DNA of 64,000 nt from the NCBI RefSeq assembly GCF_030684315.1, contig NC_081384.1, forward strand, positions 15,600,818 through 15,664,817. The letters are read 5' to 3'. The translations under genes and the position numbers were made by a program. The DNA is from Stegostoma tigrinum. Its lineage: Eukaryota. Below the pieces are notes generated by a model. It did not search any database. It worked only from the letters and a program-made list of their open reading frames with translations, and was not told the origin of the DNA. Every line of letters starts with the position of its first letter. The stretch's first letter is position 1. Shown piece after piece: positions 26,441-44,159 of the stretch.

Positions 26441-26732
26441 TAATTATGTAAAGAGCTTCATGTGCTTCAACTGTCAGCATAGTTAAAAATCCAGAACCAT
26501 CTCCACCTTAGCACTCCAGGTTGGGCTGTCTTAATCTCAACCAAAACTGATTTTTTTTTAGGAAAGTGCACACTATGGCACCAGAAGAAGGTAAGTAGAT
26601 TTAAGATACACATCAGAAACATCTCAGTTGCCAGGAAGCTGAATGACCTATCTCTGTTCTTGAATTCCTAAGTAACAGTTATTCCTCAATTCTCAAAGGC
26701 TCTTCCTGAGAAACCATGCAAATGATAAAATG

Positions 26733-27325
26733 TTGAGGTTGGTTGGCTTGCCAAGCTGGTTTCTTGTATCGTAGATGTTTCACTACCATGCTAGGTAACA
26801 TCCTCAGTGTAGCCTCCAATGAAGTGTCAATGTGCTTTCCTGCCTGGTTTTAAACTCTGGGGTCCGTTGAGCTGGACTGCCTCACTTCCAGTTTTCCTAC
26901 GGGGTAGAGTTCAACGTGTTTATTGATAGCATGCTTTGTGGACTGCCCTCCTTTTATGAATCCTCATGCCTGTCTCTGCCTAGCATGACCCAGAATTTTG
27001 GTGTTGACCACATGGCATGCTATGCAGAGACAGGCACGAGAATTCCTAGAAGGTCGGCCCTCCACAAATCATGCTATTAATAAACACGTGGAACATATAC
27101 TGGGTTGCGTTCAACTACGTAGGAAACTGGGAGTGAGGCAATCCAGCTCAACGGACCCCAGGGTTTAGAAACCAGGTGGGAAAACACAGGCACTTCATCA
27201 GAGGCTGCGCTGAGGATGTTGCCCAGCATGGTAATGAAAGGTCTGCAATACAAGAAACCAGCTCAGCGAGCCAACCAACCTCAATGCCCACAAGCCGAGC
27301 TACAAATCTACTCCAAAACCTTTAG
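26733..27325. mobile_element. Penelope-like inverted pseudo-LTR pair (second family) with 12-bp TSD
   Basis: Arms of about 260 bp (about 26733-26990 and 27012-27286) are reverse complements with mismatches and indels; hammerhead-like ctgagga...gaaa at 27210-27243; direct repeat aatgataaaatg at 26721-26732 and 27326-27337. Confidence 0.85.
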
Positions 27326-27649
27326 AATGATAAAATGCGCAAGTATGGAGCTCGCTCTTAAAGTTTAAAAATTGCGGAAACATCCCCCTCCCCGCCCCCC
27401 ACCTTGCTGGTGGATGTTGGTATTTTTACCTTTTTTAGCATGGACCAGGGAATTCATAATTTGTGATTTCACAGATACAGTGGATTTGCTGTATCCACTT
27501 TTTTTTCATACGAAATTGCATTTACGTGGAGGGTTTTGCTTAATGTCATCCCCCAGCATGCTACACTTAATGTGCTGATTTTGAAGTGTTGTCATTATTG
27601 TAGTGTAGGGAGAATAGCAAACTACTACAAACAAATTTAAATAGTTCTG

Positions 27650-30250
<2,601 letters not shown>

Positions 30251-30619
30251 ACGTTTAAAAATCATACCTGAAAGATGGCACTTCTGATTCAGTAGTACTG
30301 AGTGAATGCTGCACAAAATTGTTGGCCTAGATTATACATTTTGTTTCTGGATTGGGGCATGCACCCATAACTTTGATCCAGGTGAGGAATGCCACTGAAT
30401 CTAGGCTAACATTGTTGGGCTCTGTACCAGCAAGCTGTTAGTTTGCAGCCGCAGCTTTTAATCATAAGGAGGAAGGAGAAGCGAAAATGCAGTCTTCTAG
30501 GAACAGACAATATCAGCAATATTGTGTTAAACTATTTAATGGCAGAACATTTGCAAGTATGTCTTAAGTGAGCCTTTAAAATTTGGTAAAAAGGTGGGTC
30601 TAGAGATGAAATGTTTTGA

Positions 30620-30847
<228 letters not shown>

Positions 30848-31630
30848 TAGAAAAATTGTTATAGTCTCACTAGCCATTCACATTTATTGTATTAATTGAT
30901 CTTAGGATCAATTATCTTACCTTTTTTTAGAACTTTTGTGTTGCATGTACAAAGAGAGCATGACAGGAAACAATTCCAGGGGATGCCGTTTTTTTACCAC
31001 ACTCAGCCTTGCTTCGCCCGCCATTTCCCCAAAAAGATTGCCTGTGTAATTTGAAAAATGACTTGTGGATGTGCCAATCAAAACAGTATGTAATAGTTAA
31101 CAATCAAAATACAACTAGCTACAGGATTTGCAATTGTACAGTAACCATACTTGTTCTGATCTTTTTCATGTTCTCTCTTGCCACCGCCCCTGTCACTACC
31201 ACTACCACCCCACACCCCCATCCCCAAAACATGCCTCTGGGTCTTCAGAAACTGTAATCTCTTGACCAGAGAAAGAACTGTTTAAGATTATGCTTTTTTT
31301 CATTGCTATTTGTTTCAGCTTACTAAATTTGGGAGCAAACTGAGACTTTTTCTAGGTTATCAGGTGGTCTCAACTTGCTGGCAGAAAGCATTTTATTACT
31401 GAGCCTAAGGTCATGTGTGATAGGTGATGTGTAGTTTTGATTCTGATCTTAAATCAACATGAACTGTTTTAGTTTAAATTCCTGGAGTTAAAATCTGAGG
31501 TTTTGCCTAACTGTGTAATTATATAATACGGTCAGATTATGAAATTTTTTTAAAGCTCAGTTTGATTTGAAGTGGTGACCCACAAATTTTGCCAAAGTGA
31601 TATGATCTCTACACTTGCTTTCATTCCCAG

Positions 31631-31741
31631 ATGAAGTTGGAAACCCTCCGCAGGTTCAGAATGGAAAGTGCATGTGCAACGTGCACGGAGTGAAAGATTC
31701 TCAGGCATCAACTGCAAAATTGTCAAATGGAAGTCATCATG
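31631..31741 (+). CDS. RUNDC1: RUNDC1 exon 4
   Basis: Acceptor ttcattcccag|; (D)EVGNPPQVQNGKCMCNVHGVKDSQASTAKLSNGSHH; donor g|gtgagg; 111 nt, phases 1/1 keep the frame. Confidence 0.88.
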
Positions 31742-32241
31742 GTGAGGTTCAGTCTTACTGATTCATTTTATTTCTTGGTATAATGGGCTGTTGTGATAAT
31801 ATAGATAAATTTCATTATTCAAAGAGCCTCCACATTCTAAATGAAACATGGTTATATTCCCAAAGTGTTAGTGGTTGGTCTTCTGACTTGTGCAGAGTGA
31901 TTCAACCGAGTAATTTTTTTTAAAAAAAGATGTCACATACCTCTACATTTAATGTACGCTTTCTCTCTTGCCTGTCCACTCCTGTCACATTTTATATGAC
32001 CTGGTTTTTGGAAGTAAAATCTAATGCTTATAAAAATCATCTTTAAAATGTAATCAATATGTTCACCTTTACAAAGCAACAATTTGGGAAAATCTAGGAA
32101 TACTTCCTGGGACTTTTTATAAGGGCTGTTTATAGTTGTCACTGCACATCAATGGTGATTACAGACCACAAACTCATGTGGCAAGAGATGGCTTTATATA
32201 TGTGCAAGTATTATCTAACTTCTGTTTTGGGAGTATATTGA

Positions 32242-33120
<879 letters not shown>

Positions 33121-34937
33121 TGTTTCCTGTGTATATATTTTATCCTATGAAAGATTTGATTATAAATGTTTAGATCCATTGTAAGTTATGCCTCTTGCTT
33201 TGAATATTCAAATTGAAGGTTTGAAGTATGTTGACACATAATCAATTACAATTGTATTTTAAATCAAATGTATACATTACTGTAAATATTGACTATTTTA
33301 ATATTTATTAAATATGACAGGTTGCTCATCCACAGGTGACAGTGAAACATAGGATGTTTTTTTGAACAATGGTGTTATCAGCAACTTGTGATATGACTAA
33401 TGTTGTAGGAATTGTGACGTTTGCACAGTACATTGCAAAGCTTTAAATATCGCAGTTGGAGTTTAAATCATTACGATAAAAGAAACACTAGGGAGTTGTT
33501 GGGTTTTTGTTTACTTTTTCTCGAATACATTCAACTACTGAGGACTGACCTTTGAACCTGTCACTTGATGTTTATCTCAGTTCCTAATCAGCAGCTAGGA
33601 ACTTTAGCAATAACGAGACAGGACATCAGTGCTGGAGTCTGGTCAAAAAGCATTGAGTTTTTGTGGGACCTGGAGAAGGTCAAATAGCCCTGAGCCCATT
33701 CTGCCAATTCTTAGGTTTATGACTCACCTGCAACTTGGCTCCATGTTCCTTGGTTACAAGCTCAAATTTATTTATAATGCGGCCCCATGTTAAGTCTCAT
33801 TCCTAAGTTTAAAAGCAAGTTTGTTTTGTTTCTCAGCTTTTGTATTTCATAGCTTTGTTTTTTGCCTTTTTCTTTGGTCAAGAACTAGGAGACAATGAAG
33901 GTGGTCAGGCATGCTACTTTGGGGTATGTGCAAGGTTTATTTGAGGAATGAGAACTCAGGATGTGGAATATGGCTTCAAGTTTACTCTTTCCATTTAAAT
34001 AACTTAATCCTGTATGTTATAAATCTGCACAGATCCACAGAATACCACTCCATGGCATTGAGCATTGAAGCATCATCTGAACTGTGTAGCCTGTTTAAAT
34101 TTGTTCTTGTTGGCTGTCTGTGTCATGTGTAATAGTGCAGTACTTTTTGGACATTGGGTGTGTCCTGTGTTTTGTTGGGATCATTTTCTTTCAGACATAA
34201 TATTTTTCAAGGATCAACAAGAGCCAGCTGTTACTTAATGGATACGGTTAGACAAATGTCTTAAATGATTTGGTTACAAACATTTAATAGAATTTATTTA
34301 CAATTTATGTAAATATAATGTGTTCTGCTATGGTGTGATGTTTAGTGACACTGAGATGTTCTGATATAAAATCAGGGTTTGAATTTTCTTATGTTTTTCC
34401 TTACCTCTTTCCGAGTTGTGTATTCTCAAGAAGTTGTTCTGGTTAATGTTGTACATCTTATGGCCTGCAGTGCTCTTTGATACATAGAATATGAACCACA
34501 TTTGTTGGAAGAAAACATGATATAATGTTCTTTTCTGTAATCCTATTTTACACAATATTAAGTTGAAATGTAACCATGCATGTCTTTACAGTTAAGTGTA
34601 GCTTATGAATCATTTTCATTGAGGTCATGAAATGGAATCATTTGATTTTGGACGCATACAGTTCATTCGATGCTGTAACCTCTGTGCCTCACAGGAGCCA
34701 GGTTAAAACCTTGCAAGGTCTAGTGGTCTGTGTGATTGCGTAATGAATTTGTTTAGCAAGACATGGATCTGAAATGTTTTGTTCCTCTGGAACACTGAGT
34801 ACATACTACATTAGAATTTAGAAAAGCAAAAGTTTATTTGTGATATTAATGTGAAAATTGCTCTGTAAACACTATCTCTTAAAAGAAACTACGAATAGAA
34901 GAAAAGATATCTATTCTGTACATACTCCTTGAGACAA

Positions 34938-34943
34938 AATAAA
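34938..34943 (+). terminator. candidate polyadenylation signal for RUNDC1
   Basis: AATAAA at the end of a repeat-poor, AT-rich 1.8-kb stretch after the stop codon; alternatives at about 38344 and 38390. Confidence 0.4.
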
Positions 34944-35234
34944 AGTGGAAAGCAAGATTTTTTTACCTTGCATATTTCATAACCTAAATATGTATGAAAT
35001 TAGTTTCTATTTTTCTAAAGATCTAAGCAAAAAAGTGAAAACCAATTAAACCAAATTTGAGATGATTATGTGAAATTTGTAGTAATGTTTAGCATTACAA
35101 CAATTGCTGTTTGATATCAATTTCTTTTGTCTTTTCCAAAGATAATGCTGATCAACTCAATGAGTAGCCAAATCATATGGGGATCTAGCTGCTAGTCCTT
35201 TGGAAACTTCTAAAGAAATATTTATAACAGCAGT

Positions 35235-35797
35235 CGTAGAGGGATTGAGTTCAAGAGCCGTGAAGTTATGCTCCAGCTGTACAAAAGCCTGGTTTGGTCA
35301 CATCTGGAGTATTGTGTCCAGTTCTGGTCCCCTCATTACAGGAAAGTGGAAGCTTTGGAAAAGGTGCAGAGGAGACTTACCAGGATGTTGCCTGGAATGT
35401 AGGGAAGGTCTTAGGCGGAAAGATTGAGAGAGCTAGCGCTTTTCTGTTTAGCGTGACGAAGGATGAGAGGTGACTTGGTAGAGGTATACAAAATGATCGG
35501 GATGTAGATCGAGTAGACAGCCAGAGACTCTTTCCCAGGGTGGAGGTAGCTTTTACAAGAGGACATAGTCTCAAAGTGAGTGGAGGTAGAAACCTGGGAG
35601 ACAACAGAGGTAAATTGTTTACTCCGAGTGGTTGGGACATGGAATGCATTGCCAGAGAAGGGTAGTGGAGTTGACTTCATTAGGGGCATTTAAGCAGCTA
35701 TTTAGATAGGCATGTGGAGGTTAGATAGACCTTGGGTTTAGGGTAAAAGTTTGGCACAACGCCGTGGGCCCAAGGGCCTGTACTGTTCTATTTTCTA
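35235..35797 (+). mobile_element. CR1 LINE 3' fragment
   Basis: MLQLYKSLVWSHLEYCVQFWSP-like region and CR1 tail. Confidence 0.85.
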
Positions 35798-36794
35798 GCA
35801 GTTTTTGTTTAAAGAAACAGCCCCTTTATGGTTTTTATTGCTTAAATTGTGTTGGATAACTTTGAATTGAAACTGTAAGTTTTTTTTTGAAAAAACCTTT
35901 TATAATTATCCTTTTTCTGGCTACCAAAACTCTAATTCTCAAATCAATCTTTATATCAATGTACCTTTTGGTATTTGACTCCTTTACAAGTGGAAGTGTC
36001 TCTTATGACTCTCTTGAACCCATTGTAATTCTGAACACCCCTATTAGATCACTTTTATCATTCATCTCTTAAGAGTAAGAAGCTTTCAGAATGGTCATAG
36101 TTTCCTAATAGGTGTACGTTTTTTTTTAAAAAAACAAGTTTGATATGCTTTATAAAATAGCTTTTGCTTTTGAGGCCTAATTATCTTAAAAATAGTCCAT
36201 AGTGCTTTATTTGCACTTTATGGCTTTAACATGCATTGCTGTTTTTACTGACTTCTGTATCTGTGCCTTAGTACTATTTTTCGGTTCTATATTTCCAAAA
36301 CTGTCTAACTTCCCAATTCCTTATACCCAAAACATGCAAACATTTGAATCCATATCTAAATTCATTTCCCATTTTATGAGCATTATGCAAACATATTAAT
36401 GCCTTAGTTTGTACTCCTCCAGATGTTAACAGTGTTTAATTTTAATTTCTAGATGACAAAAAAAGGTATCTTTTGCAACATGAGTCATGCATGGATTTAG
36501 CCTGAATGTAGTGCCTTCCTTCCAAATCCATCTAGCATTTAAAGGAGGTTATTTTTACTGCACTTCAGTATAGATATTTTTAATCAACCTGTTCATCCAC
36601 CTCCTGGGAACTTAACCTGAGCTTTCTGATTCAGAAGTAGGGACTGTTGCAAGAGTCTCGAGCAGTAATCTGCTTCTTGGGATTTCATTTGCACCTGGTC
36701 ATATGGCACAGAAAAGGATCCTCTTGGTCCAACCAGTTCATAATCATCCAGTCTGTCTTTATAACACTTAACCAGGATGTTGCCCGGTATGGAG

Positions 36795-37155
36795 GCTTAA
36801 TCTCTTCTGAACCCCCTCCAGCTTGATATTTTCCTATAACTGTGCCACTAAAACCAGACACAGTTTCACAGAAGAGGCCTTGTCAATGTTCTGTACAACC
36901 TCCACAGGATGTCTCAACCCCTATACTCAGGCTGAGCAATGAAGCCAAGCATGCCTAATGCCTTTTTAACCACCCTGTGTACATGTCACACAAACTTCAA
37001 AGAATTTTCTACTGAACACCTAGGTCTCTCTGTTCTACAATGCTACCTGAAGCCCTACCATTAATTGTGTAAGCCGTACCCTTGTTGGTTGTACCAAAAT
37101 GCAATACCTCTTATTTTATCCAGATTGAACTCCCATCTGCAGTTTTTCAGTCCAT
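36795..37155 (-). mobile_element. decayed CR1 LINE fragment
   Basis: Resembles the 10090-10385 CR1 segment. Confidence 0.65.
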
Positions 37156-40100
37156 TCTCAAACTAACTATTTTGACAGTTTCAGGTGATCTCCTAATGTT
37201 TGAACAGCTCTCTCACTTTGATTAAGTTGTTAGAATTTCCTCAATTTATGAATTAATCTGTAATCTATTGATACACTTTGGTAATGTGTTACAACAATGC
37301 TGTCTTTTGGTTGAGATGCACTAATGAGCTTCCATAGCCTTTTTAATTGAGTGCTAAAAGATCCCTGATGCTCAAACAAATTTCTCTCCAAACAATATCA
37401 CCAAAAATGGATTAACTAGTTATTCATCTGGTTATATTTAGGAGGCCTTTAATTTTGCTGAATTTACCCACTACAGTTACTACCCTGCCAGAATAATTTG
37501 TGGTTGAACATTGTTTTCTGGGATATAAATTCTGATGGAGTCAACAGTTGTAGGCTCTGACCTCAGTGGAAACAAATGTCTTCTGAAATTCTCTGACCTG
37601 ACCGCAGTAAATACAACACTCCTTGATTAAAGGAATATCTGATCTGCTTCCCAACTCAACTTTCAGCTGTCTAGTCTAACACTTCATCGTGTCAGGCTGC
37701 AGCCCACGAGGGGAATCAGCAAAGTTTACCCTTGCTTTCTCACTTGACCATTGCCCCAAAATGTTCTCCACAACTCATAAAGGAATATGAATATCTTGTT
37801 ACACTTGACTAAAAACACATTCTATTTTAATTTGAGGAGAAGCTAACATTTAGCTTCTGTTGAAAACCAGTTGTGCAATGTTTTAACGCCTGGATAAATA
37901 GAACAGATGGAGGGACTGTACGTCGTCTGAGAAGTATAACATTCAGTTTTAATTTTCCCCCCAATACAAGTTCCTAAACGTTTTAACTGGTATTTAGCCC
38001 TGAAATTCACTTATTTAGTAAGTTGTATGGTATTTAATTCTAAAGTTTTTAAGCTGTACATCATGATAGTATCAAGTGATATTTGTTGCAATCTCCAAAA
38101 TTTAAAGTGCCAATTTGGATGTTTATTAATAGTTATATCCAGAAGTTGACCTTAATGACTTAAGTTAATACAATTTTAGTTATGGCTAAATTACACATGA
38201 AGCTGACATGCAAGGTTCGACAAATGCTAAGATATCACTGTTCTAATTTTAAATTTTATTACTTCTAGATACAAAATTCACCAACTTGTTGATTTTTAAG
38301 GCAATGACTTCATTTTAAGGAGAATGCACTACTTCCTTTTTAAAATAAAAACTTTGGAATGCGAAATGGTCACTGTACTGTACACTTACAAATAAACTGA
38401 ACTTTAACCTATAAATCTGTACTGAAATCTATTCTCACTTATGACCTTTTGGGAGTGGTGAAAATGGCATATTTGATGATGTATATTGATATTTAGGAAC
38501 ATATTTTGGAGTTTGTGACTATCCTGTAGCATAATTTATGTGGAATGAATTATTGCTGTAATTGAAATTCTGTCAAAGTACCAAAGTATACACAGTCAAC
38601 TAAATATGAAGAGCTTGGAGCAGGAGTAGGCCATTCAGTAGGATTATAGATGACCATCCGGATCAACTCCTAGCCCCATAGTGTCTCCACATGCCTTAAA
38701 GCAATGCACTTTTTAGGTAAAAAGGTAATTATGTCAACAACTTTCTCTGGCTTACAGGCTTCCAGATTCACAACTTTTTTTTTGCATAAGAAATTTCTCT
38801 GAATCTCCTAAATGGCTGACCATGCACTGAAACGCTGACCCCTATGCAGGAAAAACATTTTCTCAGTATTTGCCTTTGGAACCCGTTCTTTATTTTTCAG
38901 TTCAATCTCTCATTCTGAATGGTGGGGCATGTTCACTGAAATTACTCAAACACACCGGTTTAGAACAAACCGTTTACAGAAATCAGTCTATTGAAATTTG
39001 CCATCTTCTCTAGGTAAGAAGGCTAAACCCATACACAGCAATTCAGTTTGGGCTCACTAATTCCCTGTGAAACTATAACAAGTTGACTTTACCATCATAA
39101 AGCAAGAAGGCTTACTGTATCTTTGAATTTCTATTCCCCCCCCCCGCCGACAAAATACAGATGTTATACATAGGCAGTAATCTTAACACAAAGTACAAGA
39201 TCAGTTTCTGTCCAGAGTACATGAGTAAACGCTAGACTTGCTATTACAGTTTGTACTTGGTTTAATTTGCATTTAATTTCCAACATTCTTTGCATGCTAT
39301 CCAAGGAGATTAAAATGGGCTCCAACCCAAACTAGTATTGCAAAAGGACATAATGACTTTTATTTTTGCAGTCTTAATGGTTGCTTCAAGCAATTTAGCA
39401 TTGTTGACTGGCTAATTCCATTACTATTCAGTAGGAAAGCAGCAAGTTTCAGGCAAACTAAAGAGTTCACTAACTTCATGGTTATCCAGTAATAATTGAA
39501 TTGAATTGAATTCAATCTCTGGGAACTGCCCAGAGAGAATGTTGTCCTCCATCACAAAGCTTACTTAGAGTGAACCTTTTTAAAAACGATTGGATCTCAT
39601 TCCAGGTTTGATTTACCATGGCACATTACAGGAGAAGCTGGGTGATAGAGTCTCAGTACCTTTATAGAGAGACCATGTATTCTGTTCTTCCCCATCAGGC
39701 AAGCTATGTCTTGCTGCTTGTTTGAAAATGTTGGCAATGAGGCATTTGCCAAATGATTTGACTGCCTTGCTGAGGGAGCTATCTAACAGGATCCAGCATT
39801 TTTTAAACATAAAGAACCTCAATGCTATGAGCTGCAACCACTGATGGATTTGTGGTCAAATGTATTCTTTTCCACAGCCTCTTCTCAAGGAATAGATAAA
39901 GCAAGTTGCATTTGAAATTTCCCTGGCAATTTAGCCAAACCCATCCTTTGCAATACTGGGACAGATCAGCATGTAGTCCACTTGGTGTTCATTAACAAAA
40001 CTGATTACTTTACACCATGTTGTAACATGTATCATGCCTACTCAATCAGCCTATTTACATCCTTTCCCACTGCTAATTTCTCAGCTAATATCTCACCCTT

Positions 40101-40735
40101 ATTCTGTCTTAACATAATTCCTTCTAATATCTTTTCCACCATCATGGTTAGAGTGACTGGTATGTGAAATATGTTTTAATTTATCAAAAAAATCATTCAC
40201 GGGATGTGGCTATTGTGGACAAGGCAGCTGCTTATTGCCCATCCCTAAATGGGTTTGAGGTTTTGTACAGTAACTATTTGAATGGCACCATTTCTGGCAA
40301 TAGGAGTGAAAATGGGAGTGAACATGGAATTTGCCATGTTCTTTTTCCAAGCTGTTCCAGTGCAGTTACAAAACTTGTATGTCTCCATGTTGCAATGTAG
40401 AAAATTGCCAAGCTATGTCCTGTACATGAAGTGTAGGATAAATCCAGTTGGCCAATTTCTATCCACATAATCTCTTCCTCAAAGTGTTATCAAGCTGCAT
40501 TTGCTCAGCAATAACCTCTTTGCTGATGCTCAGGCTGAGTTCTACCATGGCCACTCAACTCCTGACTTCATCACTGCCTTGATTCAAACATTGGTAAAAG
40601 AGCTGAATTTTGGGTGTGAGGCGAGACTGATTACAGCTGACTTCTAGACTCAATGTGGTGTGAAAAAGCCCTAGCAAATCTAGGAATTGTGGGCAAGACC
40701 TATCACTGGTTGGAGTTGACCTTGCACAGAAGAGG

Positions 40736-41168
40736 AGGGGCGTTACAGGAACAGAAACTCATTCCGCTTGGGAACCCTGCAGCCCGATGGTATCAATGTG
40801 GATTTCACCAGCTTCAAAATCTCCCCTCCCCAGCTCGTCCCTGCCTGCCTAACCTGTTCTTCCTCTCACCTATCCGCCTCCCATCTCAAGCCGCACCTCC
40901 ATTTCCTACCTACTAACCTCATCCTGCTAATTGACCTCTCCGTCCTCCCCAGACTGACCTATCTCCTCCCTACCTCCCCACACATGCTCTCCTCTCCACC
41001 TATCTTCTTGATCCATCTTCAGTCCGCCTGCCCCTCTCTCCCTATTTATTCCAGAACCTTTTCCCCCATCCTCCCTCTCTGATGAAGGGTCTAGGCTTGA
41101 AATGTCAGCTTTTGTGCTCCTGAGACACTGCTTGGCCTGCTGTGTTCATCCAGCCGCGCGCTTTGTTA
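40736..41168 (+). mobile_element. Penelope-like element 3' fragment nested in an older LINE
   Basis: LGTLQPDGINVDFTSFKI followed by the CT-rich UTR and a mutated hammerhead (ctgatgaagggtctaggcttgaaatgtc). Confidence 0.85.
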
Positions 41169-42583
41169 CAAAGGAAGACGGTTGTGTTTGTCAGAAGTCA
41201 GTCATCCTGGCTCTGGGACATGTCTGCAGGAGTTTTTCCAGAGTAGATGTCTTCCAATCGACCTGTTCAGAGATGTTATTACATGTCTCTGGAGTAAATG
41301 AGACTTGAATCTGGACTTCCTGTCTCTGAAAGGAATACTGCCACTGCACTACAAAAGCACTTTCCCTACATAATCTTATTCTGAAGAAGAGTTGCTACAT
41401 CTTTTAACTCTGCTTTCTCGCCATGGATGCTACCAGACCTGCTGATTTTTCTCCAGCAATTTCTGTTCCTACTTCAGATTTCCCTGATCTACAGTTCTCT
41501 GTTTTATTTGTGTTTGGATGTTAACTTCCTGTCATAATCTCTGCAGTATAAACAAAGAATCCTCCATCAAACACTCAGCAGATTTGTATGTGCCTACTTC
41601 AAACAAATCTGGATTTGATTTCAGAGGGGACACTCTGACTTTGATTTTGTTAAGCTCTTTAATGAAAATAATCAAAACGTGAATGCTGCTAGTTTTAAAT
41701 CAAAAGTCTCCAAAAATTATCATGACCTTTCATCACATCAAGTGCATATGCCAGTTATAAGATGTAAACAATAAGCATTGTTTGTTTTTTGTGATTTCAC
41801 TCACTGGAGGTAGTGTATCATTAATGTCTACTTGATTTAAATCTTGTGGGGGCAAATGGAGGTTGTAGTTAAAATGTTCTCTCAAAAGCATTAGGCTGGG
41901 CTTGTGTTTATTTCATTTTGTATTTGCCGCAACATCGAGGGCCAACGGGCCTGTTCTGCGCTGTATTGTTCTATGTTCATAATGTTCTTCTGTAGCAGCT
42001 GCACTCCTATGTAGTCACCCAGTTCACGAATATCATTTATAAACAAGTGAATACTGCCATCTGCTGATCATTGGTATGACTATGTTGTAGCTCGTGAAAA
42101 AGCAGTAACACAAAAAACACTGAAACAAAAACAGAAATTGCTGGAAAAGCTCAGCAGGTCTGGCAGCATCTGTGCAGAGAAATCAAAGTGAATGTTTCGA
42201 GTCAAGTGTCTCCGCAATGTTATCTCTGACTGCAGCATTGACGGTTATTACTCTCTTCCTTCTTCAGAAGTTTATGTTCACTTTTAATGAATGCCAAGGG
42301 GATGGAGTGCACTTCTGACTAGTGCCCACCAAGAAACTTTTATCAGTTTGCATGAGGAGGGGAGGTTGTAACCTGAAAATCATCTTGAAGTTACTGCCGT
42401 GGAATTGTCATCAGACTACACAGGGTTCATTTATGTACTGTTAATTTACTATTAATTCTTCAGCTGCTTATTTCAAGGATCCACTAAAGTGACTCTGACA
42501 TCAATAGGCAGAATGTGGTGTAGTTTGCCTCCAGTGCATTTTACTTAGAAAGACCATGTTTATGTTACCTCTCAAACTGAAAT

Positions 42584-43455
42584 ACCCCACCACACCCGGC
42601 ACCTTCCCCTGCAACGGCAGGAAGTGCTACGCCTGCCCCCACACCACCTCCCTCACCCCTATCCCAGGCCGCAAGATGACTTTCCATATTAAGCAGAGGT
42701 TCACCTGCACATCTGCCAATGTGGTATACTGTATCCACTGTACCCAGTGTGGCTTCCTCTACATTGGGGAAACCAAGCGGAGGCTTGGGGACTGCTTTGC
42801 AGAACACCTCTGCTCAGTTCGCAATAAACAACTGCACCTCCCAGTCGCCAACCATTTCCACTCCCCCTCCCATTCTTTAGATGACACGTCCATCATGGGC
42901 CTCCTGCAGTGCCACAATAATGCCACCCGAAGGTTGCAGGAACGGCAACTCATATTCCGCTTGGGAGCCCTGCAGCCCAATGGTGTCAATGTGGACTTCA
43001 CCAGCTTCAAAATCTCCCCTTTCCCCCACTGCATCCCAAAACCAGCCCAGTTCGTCCCCTGCCCCTACTGCATCACACAATCATCCCCTCCCACCACTGC
43101 ATCCCAAAACCAGCCCAGCCTGTCTCTGCCTCCCTAACCTGTTCTTCCTCTCACGCATCCCTTCCTCCCACCCCAAGCCGCACCTCCATTTCCTACCTAC
43201 TAACCTCATCCCACCTCCTTGAACTGTCCATCTTCCCCGGACTGACCTATCCCCTCCCTACCTCCTCACCTATACTCTCCTCTCCACCTATCTTCTTTTC
43301 TCTCCATCTTCGGTCCGCCTCCCCCTCTCTCCCTATTTATTCCAGAACCCTCACCCCATCCCCATCTCTGATGAAGGGTCTAGGCCCGAAACGTCAGTTT
43401 TTGTGCTCCTGAGATGCCGCTTGGCCTGCTGTGTTCATCCAGCTCCACACTTGCT
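42584..43455 (+). mobile_element. young 5'-truncated Penelope-like element (Cys linker + GIY-YIG)
   Basis: Open frame PGTFPCNGRKCYACP...VVYCIHCTQCGFLYIGETKRRLGDCFAEH...QPNGVNV; intact hammerhead core at 43368-43395. Confidence 0.92.
43368..43395 (+). ncRNA. minimal type-I hammerhead ribozyme motif (Penelope-associated)
   Basis: CUGAUGA, stem II (gggucu/aggccc), GAAAC-GUC; identical cores at 47795-47822 and 54968-54995. Confidence 0.7.
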
Positions 43456-44029
43456 TCTCTACCTCTCTTTCATCCCTTAAAGGGAATCTTTTAATACCTT
43501 GCTTCCACAGCTTTTGATTACCTGTTTTGAAATCTCCTTCTGTTATTCAGTGTTGAATTGTGATTGATTTTTAATTAATCAAGCAATCGTGTGAAATGTC
43601 TTGGGATGTTTTTCTGTATTAAAGGTGCTTTTTGTTGTGTGTCATTTTGCTGTTTAGTGAAAAGATGTAATTTGATAATGTTCTGTAAAGTGTCTTGAAA
43701 TGCTGTAATTCAGCATCACAGACCTTCAAACGTAATAAATCATTACAATAAATTAAATAAATAAAAGTATTTTATAATATAAAATTTGAAAGTAATTCTT
43801 TTTAATGAGAGAATTTAAGACTACGGCCGTCTTACTCCATTTCAAGACGTTGGTCTCGAGGCTCTGACCCCCGCGTTGGGACCTTGTGGATGCTGGAAAT
43901 CTGACGCAAACGAAACAGAAATTGCTGGAGACCCTCAGTAGGTTAGTGGAGAGAAATCAGAGTTAGTTAGAAGTGGAATACAGTGATCCACCTTCGGAAG
44001 AAAGTTCTGATTATATGACTCGGCTGCAG

Positions 44030-44159
44030 CTTCGAGGCGGTTGCTAGAGAGCGGAAGTGGCGTTAAGTGGGCGGAGCGGAGTGCGGTCAAAGGTCAGAGT
44101 GAGCGGCGGTACTTCCTTTCCGGCGGGTGACAGCCATTGACCAGCGAGCGGCGGAGCCG
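44030..44159 (+). promoter_or_regulatory. RPL27: RPL27 promoter and non-coding exon 1 (5' TOP)
   Basis: ETS/GABP site cggaagtg at 44052, GC box, polypyrimidine initiator cttcctttcc at 44112-44121, YY1-like gccat at about 44133, donor gccg|gtgaat at 44159. Confidence 0.8.
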
